A DNA stretch of 63,899 nt, counting the filler, from Perkinsus chesapeaki ATCC PRA-425 (taxonomy: Eukaryota > Protista > Perkinsozoa), in the NCBI GenBank assembly GCA_013115145.1. It is 10 parts of 10 records of this genome, joined end to end, with 100 filler letters (N's around TTAATTAATTAA, not from the genome) between each part and the next. Parts side by side here need not be neighbours in the genome. Positions count along the whole stretch, not along the records: positions 56,323 to 58,331 come from JAAPAO010001704.1; positions 58,432 to 61,467 come from JAAPAO010001475.1; positions 61,568 to 62,677 come from JAAPAO010002194.1; positions 62,778 to 63,899 come from JAAPAO010002182.1; 6 more parts are not named here. One strand, 5' to 3'. Both the position numbers and the translations under genes were made by a program. Position 1 is the stretch's first letter; each line of letters opens with the position of its first letter. The notes beneath the pieces were generated by a model. That model was not told the DNA's origin. It made no database searches and worked only from the letters and a program-made list of their open reading frames with translations. This document shows positions 57,481 to 63,899 of this stretch, one piece after another.

Positions 57481-58438
57481 TCCGCCATATAGGGTTGGTC
57501 GCCAATGTCGTCTATTTACTCGACTCAAACGATATGTATACACGATAGGCAGATTTCGAATATCTCTTACTGCATTCAAAGGCATTAGTTGAGTTCCGGG
57601 AACTGCGAAAAGCCCTTATGTTCGGGCATCGCGCACACCGGGCGCGCGCGCAACGCCCTGCGCCAATGCTAACCGTTGGACCTGGTACTATAGCTCGCAG
57701 TAGGATACGAGGAGGTCTGTGCGCTCTCGAAAAGAGAATGAATCTCATTTGGGGAGAGTAAAACTTACCAGCTGATACCTAATAGGTATTACCTATATAG
57801 ACCATCCCCCGATAAACCTAGTAGTTTCGATAACCCAAGATAAGAGCGACCGCTATAAGCCTGCTACACACCTCCCCCCGCAGGTCCAATCCTCAGGCTC
57901 GGAGGCCAGTCGCTGGCTGCGAATACGACTATCTTCAGCGTCTCAGGCATTTCTCTTTCGCACGCTGAAGACGCAGCGGACTGAACGCACCACCGGGCAC
58001 TATCAAGGTTATATTTCCTGGGGTTCGGGGGTGACGCTGCAGCACCACTGTATCGATAACTTATATAGTATTAAACGTGGTTCTCTTATAATGAGAGCGT
58101 TATTCTTGGTCAGCAAGTTACCCCCTCACTCTTCCTCCTCTCTTTTCTTCTTTTTCCTTTCCTCCCTTTTTCTTCCTCTTTCTTTCGTCCCCTTTTTCTC
58201 TTTTTCCTTTTTCCCCCCGGCCGAAAACGATTTTCCCCCAAGCCAATCGTTTTCGGGGGAGCGCCAGACTGAAGATCTGGAGGTCCTCAGTTCGATCCTG
58301 GGTCTGGGCATATGCTAGTCTTACAGATTCGNNNNNNNNNNNNNNNNNNNNNNNNNNNNNNNNNNNNNNNNNNNNTTAATTAATTAANNNNNNNNNNNNN
58401 NNNNNNNNNNNNNNNNNNNNNNNNNNNNNNNTCCTTCC

Positions 58439-58531
58439 TATTATATCTCCTCCTCCGTATCACTAGTAACATATTTCCTATCAAACTCCTTTCTATTATA
58501 TCTCGTCCTCCTCCGTATCACTAGTAACATA
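58439..58531. repeat. 55-bp tandem repeat, copy set 1 (contig start)
   Basis: tattatatctcctcctccgtatcactagtaacatatttcctatcaaactcctttc, period 55 (58439, 58494). Confidence 0.9.
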
Positions 58532-58547
58532 TCCCCCTCAGGTACAG

Positions 58548-61205
58548 CCCTAATATCAGCCTATGGTCAGGAGTGACCCTCTCGTGCAGCAAGGTAAGGG
58601 ACTTTACACTCCAAAGTTCGCAATTCCATTCCGTCTTTTGGCTCTTATGGGGAAGATACTTCCTAGGTTAACCCCGGAAGATACTTTTTAGGTTAACACT
58701 GAAAGATTCTTTTTAGGTTAACTACTATCACTCCACATGGATGGCAATGGTTTGTGATATTGGTCGTGACCCGTTTATGTTGGACAAGATAAGTTTTTGG
58801 CAGACTGGACAATTCCTGGCGGCGATCTCGCGCTTGAATCTTTTCGACGAGAAACTGTAAGATGAAAACCCGAAACCCAAAAACCCGGGAAACTCCTTCA
58901 AGATACTCGAACGTCGCTGATGTTCTGGCGAAGGATATGAATCTTTACAAGGATCCGGAGACGCTTGCTTCGACACTCTGGGCTATGTCTAAGGTAGGCA
59001 AAAATTTCACATTTTCTCTCTGGAAAAAATATTTTTCCCCGAGAAAAATTGCGCTTGCTCGGGAAATTTTCAGTTCTTTGTTGACGAGCGTGTATTGTTT
59101 CGAGCAATCTAGAAAATTTTTGGAAAATTTTCAGAAAAAAATTCATTTTTTCCTTGTGGAATTCCCACTTTCTTCAGTCTGGCTTCATTCAAGATAATTT
59201 CGTCACTGCCACTTTGACATCTGCAAATTCAATGGTGAATTCAACTAACAACAATATGAACGCTTGGAGCCAGATTCTTTGGAGCTTAACCCAGCAAGGT
59301 AAGATATGAAAGACTCCTGAAGCACCAAGATTCTTCAGGGTGCGATCCCGAGAAAGATTCCCGAATGGCTAATATAGTCAATTTCGTGGCGAATTTGCCA
59401 GTGCCGGCCCATCGCGGCCATTTCCGACGACTCCATCAAGCCGCAGACGTTCTTGGTGAAAACTCTCCTATGCGAAAGTAAGGCAAAATTTTAGGGAAAA
59501 TCTAGATTTTTTCCCGGAAAATTTTCTAATTATGATATTCCGTTTCACAGTGTGAACCATTCTTGTTGACAAGTTGTTACGACTTCTGTGATAAAAAATA
59601 TCCAAAAAAATCCAGATTTTTTTAAATTTTCGTCCGTCAACACAAACATGCTTGCAAGGGAAATGTCAGCCTTTTGTGTGCAGTGAATATATTTTTGTAG
59701 AAATAAGGAATTTTTTGAGGAATCTTTCAGGGTAGCGCACTCGGAAGATTTCTTAGGAAATCTTTCTGGCCAGCGCACTTGGAAGATTTCTGAGGAATCT
59801 TTCTGGCTAGCGCACTCAGAAGAATTTCTAGGTAATCTTCTTAGGTATTTAACTCATCCATTGAGCAGTGCGACCGCCTTGCCGCCTCGAGATAACAAAA
59901 GTAAGACTTCGCGGAAATTTTTTTCCAGATTTTTTCAGGGAATCAAATCGGCGCGCAAATTGTGAAGTGCATCGCTGAGAATGATATTTTACCGGATAGA
60001 GCTACAGGTAAGCACTTAAATTAATGATACTTTTGAGGTTGATATAGTAAAGATACTTTTGAGGTTGATTCAGTAAAGGCTCTTTCGAGGTTGATATAGT
60101 AAAGATACTTTTGAGGTTGATTCAGTAAAGGCTCTTTCGAGGTTGATATAGTAAAGATAATNNNNNNNNNNNNNNNNNNNNNNNNNNNNNNNNNNNNNNN
60201 NNNNNNNNNNNNNNNNNNNNNNNNNNNNNNNNNNNNNNNNNNNNNNNNNNNNNNNNNNACTTTTGAGGTTGATTCAGTAAAGGCTCTTTCGAGGTTGATT
60301 CAGTAAAGGCTCTTTCGAGGTTGATTCAGTAAAGGCTCTTTCGAGGTTGATTTAGTCAAGATGTTCCTTTTGTGGCTAACTTTGTGAAGATATTTTCTTT
60401 ATATAGTCAGGATATTTTTGGGCTTAATTATCCAAAGATATTTCCGAGGTTATTTCAGATACTAGGATGATAGTTTCACCAACCTGTAGTGCGATTCTAG
60501 ACATCGCAATTGGTCTTCCTGGAAGTTCGAGTGCTGCGACGCCATTTGGCGGTTTCATTTTGGCTGCCGGCGACACAGACCATCGACAGATGAGTAAGCG
60601 GGACGACTGCTTGCTTTCAACTATGAATCAGACTCTGATTATCAGAATGTGTGACAAACTCTCAAGGACATTTCTGGGCGCGCGGTTTAGGATTTGTCCC
60701 CGAGCGAAGCTCACGGAAGCATCCGAATTCTTTCGAGTATGGCTTCCTACGTACATTTTACGACTTTTCAATCCCAAATAATAACGATCAAATACAGTTC
60801 TTCATTTCGAGTAGTTTCACAGATCTCATCAGCTCAGTTGTTCAATTTTTCCACGGACTGGCATAGCAGACACTTCTTCCTTCGAACGAAGCCAAATTGA
60901 AATTCCGTGAAATTTCCGTAATTTTTTTCTGTGACGTTTCGAAAGGCCTTGGGAAGCCGCTCAAGCCGGGAAGTATAGGCGACCGTTCGCTTGAGCTGAT
61001 CATTTGATCAGAGATGGTGCCGGCGAGTCAGCAAGGCTCGGTTAGCTACTACGGCGGATTCGGTATGAAGGTTGAGCCACACGCTGACCACAAGTTGGAG
61101 CACATTCGCACTGGACAGAATTTGACCTATAAAAGAATCTTGGAGCGCCGGGGCTTGAGCGTATCTTTTATCGGCGAGCTCGAGTGGGTTGAAGCTCAGG
61201 AAAAG
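58548..61205 (+). CDS. RAP-domain helical-repeat RNA-binding protein, partial, with expanded introns
   Basis: Phase-consistent exons ...QFLAAISRLNLFDEKL/YSNV...ETLASTLWAMSK/SGF...AWSQILWSLTQQ/G...FRRLHQAA...; final visible exon TGQNLTYKRILERRGLSVSFIGELEW matches the RAP C-terminal motif (G.T..K.R.L...G..V..I...EW). Confidence 0.72.
59716..59840. repeat. 37-38-bp degenerate tandem repeat in a RAP intron
   Basis: agcgcact.ggaagatttct..ggaatctttctggc at 59734, 59772 and 59809; internal palindrome aagatttc/gaaatctt. Confidence 0.85.
60026..60360. repeat. 26-bp tandem repeat with alternating variants (52-bp dimer) in a RAP intron, spans an N gap
   Basis: gaggttgatatagtaaagatactttt alternates with gaggttgattcagtaaaggctctttc; a related 25-bp triplet lies at 58652-58722. 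Confidence 0.93.
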
Positions 61206-61396
61206 TAAGTTTTGGCTGGGAATATTTTCTATTTCTTTCTCTTAGTGGAAATGAAGTCGATTTTTTAAAGACGAAGTTGCGTGAAATCGGCTTGGCATGA
61301 AGGATTGAATTCAACGTTTGTTTCTGTTAAACTAAGTTTCAGTTTAGTACCGACGAGGATTGAGTCAAAGTGATTCAATTCATATGAGTTATTATT

Positions 61397-61467
61397 CTAT
61401 TATATCTCCTCCTCCGTATCACTAGTAACATATTTCCTATCAAACTCCTTTCTATTATATCTCCTCC
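61397..61467. repeat. 55-bp tandem repeat, copy set 2 (contig end), same orientation as 58439
   Basis: Identical unit at 61398 and 61453. Confidence 0.9.
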
Positions 61468-63899
61468 NNNNNNNNNNNNNNNNNNNNNNNNNNNNNNNNN
61501 NNNNNNNNNNNTTAATTAATTAANNNNNNNNNNNNNNNNNNNNNNNNNNNNNNNNNNNNNNNNNNNNTTCCACACATGAGCCGCACAGGTGTCACGTTGC
61601 TGGCCGGCTCCTGATCGGAAAGGAGATTTGTAATATCAAACTGATACTATCAAGATGGACCCGTAGCGGACAGGAAGTTAGTTAGAGACATCCGACACGA
61701 GGATCAGAGCACCTTTAAAGCTGAGGTTGACCAACGATGGACTCTGTTCACCTGGCCGTGCCCGTACACTTCTGAGAATGACTGAGTGAGCGGAATTCTC
61801 TCAGCGCATCGGCACCGCCGGTGGCTTGCCAGGTGGCGCAGATTCGGCGAAAACGCGCCTTGCTCTAAACCATCAATGACTGCAGTCCAGACTCCAGGCT
61901 TATTCCAACATGTAGTCGTAGGCGGCGGAACTATTCCACATACATGATATCATGCACAAAGTTACGTATGCTGCAAATAGATGAATATAACATGACCCTA
62001 CCGGACGTTGCGGACCGGACGCTACAGTTCCCCATTATTTAGGGAGTTGACCATAAAGTCGGAGGGGTTTCCACACGCTTTGTGCGATCAAGCTTATATC
62101 GCCTCCACATTTGTTGGTTCCCTCAAGCGTGAATCTCATCTCCTCCCATCTTCAGAATCGGCGAACCTTGAGGTGAGCATAGCAGTTTTGTGACACCCTA
62201 CTGCAAAACTGCACTAGTCACTCAGAAAGCCTTCGAATCACAGAAGAGCACCTCCGACAGCACCGAGAACATACCACTGTAGAGTTGGGGAAGGCCTGTG
62301 GGCATGCATTCCAAATGTTTCCCTAGTCTAAACTACTGAAAGAGGTGAATGCAATCAATGTAGAACTTCCCTAACAGCCGTTGCACGTGTGCGCTTTGCA
62401 CGCATGCGCAATAAACCTCAGAACGATCGGAGTATTTATAAGCATTGCTCATAATGAAGGCGCTACAGATCCACCTGCTTTCGCTTATGGTGAAGCTCCT
62501 CACTCTTTCCACTAGCCCGTCAACTGGCTATCCATCACCCAAGCAATTCGGTGATATTTCCGAACGAACCACTTTCGACGTAGTAGAGATACCGGAGCGC
62601 CGTAACGGCCCCCTGTTCAGCCCTGTACCATTTACCTACCCTCTCGGATGCTCACCGACTGCCAAAGTAACTGCTGANNNNNNNNNNNNNNNNNNNNNNN
62701 NNNNNNNNNNNNNNNNNNNNNTTAATTAATTAANNNNNNNNNNNNNNNNNNNNNNNNNNNNNNNNNNNNNNNNNNNNGATTTTCGTTTGAACCTATTCCA
62801 CATACTGAGTTAAATTTTCGGGGCACTTTGAATTTTGGCCACACCGTGCGGGCGTTGTTAGCCTCAATGGGTTAATACCCAAATGTAGTTTAGACGTTAT
62901 TGTCTCTTCAATTTCTTATCTCTTCTTGACTCAATTTAGGCGTATCAGCCTTCACGTGGGTCGCAGTTCGACACTGTGATAGCCACCGAGGAACTGCCAG
63001 TTCCTTCAGCAGGGGTGTTCATTGTTATGGAATGTGAAAATGGTCAGAATAATGCCTATAGAGTTCTAAGATTCTAGAATCAGGCTGAGAATTCTGGTAT
63101 AAGGTTCTCTACTCCGTGGCTTCTCCATGAGAAGTTCTCATCATAGTATGATGATCATACCACGTTGTAGTTCTACCCTGCTATATCACAGCTGTGTTGC
63201 GTTAGTCAGCTACGCTTAGGGTTTGTTCGTTTTTGGAAAAATAGTAATTTTTCCCATTTCTCATTTTTCCCCGAAATTCTGGGAGAATCTTCCGAAAATT
63301 TCCCAGTTTTTCCCCCTGTTTTTTTCCTGTTTTTCCAGGATTCCTTGTGATCTTCGAAGGATTTGGTCACGTGTTTTTCTTGCATGATGCAATTTGCAGC
63401 AAATTGATTCTACCGACGGAGCAAATTATTTGCTCCGTCGGTAGAATCATACTCGAACGTGAACAACGCACTATGAAGCTGTGAACCCACGGCGTGAGTT
63501 CCCACGCAGGGCTTGTATATTTGGGATTAACTTTAGCACTATCAGTATTTTTCATTATATCACCTAATTGTATTTTCACTTGCTGATACTGTCAGTATCA
63601 TACTGGCAACAATTTGTATGAGCATTAGGGACCGTACCCGGTCCCGAACCTAATGCCTTATGGGTACCCAAGGTAGGGTACCGTACCCTGGGTACGGCGT
63701 AACCAATGCTAACATCATAGGGTACCTTCAAAGTTTCATGACGTAACGTATTTTCCATATATTGGGGTAATCATTCCAATTTGCGGCAAGTATGATTAAC
63801 AATCCTATGCACCTTGACAAAGGGCATTGTGCCGTCCGAGGGACAGCGCTACTTCTTTATCGCTCGCCTGAAACCGTCATATCTGTAACGGTTCTAAGA

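Noticed and set aside
61568-62677. Short ORFs and possible exons in this small contig
   Set aside because: No consistent spliced frame or family motif could be established.

Overview
Eukaryotic genomic scaffold with short GT-AG introns (mostly 40-100 nt). It is very probably the alveolate parasite Perkinsus: a relict of the Perkinsus-type spliced leader sits at 28725-28745. Nine artificial N-TTAATTAATTAA-N linkers join contigs, so adjacency across them is not guaranteed; three plain N gaps fall inside tandem arrays. All exon structures were read by eye and are approximate. 1-22.6 kb holds two tightly packed unidirectional gene clusters: DPM1, UPF2, Hog/Hint protein 1 and RECQL4 on +; a hypothetical gene, CFAP161, Hog/Hint protein 2, a CCCH zinc-finger gene with an intronic tRNA-Gln and NudCD3 on -. 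22.7-37.9 kb holds three tandem FAAH-like amidases separated by decayed Gypsy-like pol relics and an SL-tagged retropseudogene. 38-46 kb holds a large unknown - strand gene and an intron-containing Sola-like DDD transposase, transcribed divergently from a spacer rich in hairpins. 46-51 kb holds an intronless PHD/RING ORF and a DIRS/Ngaro-like gag followed by a predicted -1 frameshift into a second ORF. 51.4-56 kb holds one gene encoding a coiled coil plus at least six tandem truncated-haemoglobin domains in an (A-B)x3 pattern. 56-64 kb holds tRNA-Pro, interleaved inverted repeats, a MITE-like element and a RAP-domain gene whose introns carry minisatellites. Most notable: the multi-domain globin, the two signal-peptide-less Hog proteins with tiny N-terminal peptides, the frameshift cassette, the relict SL and the intronic tRNA.
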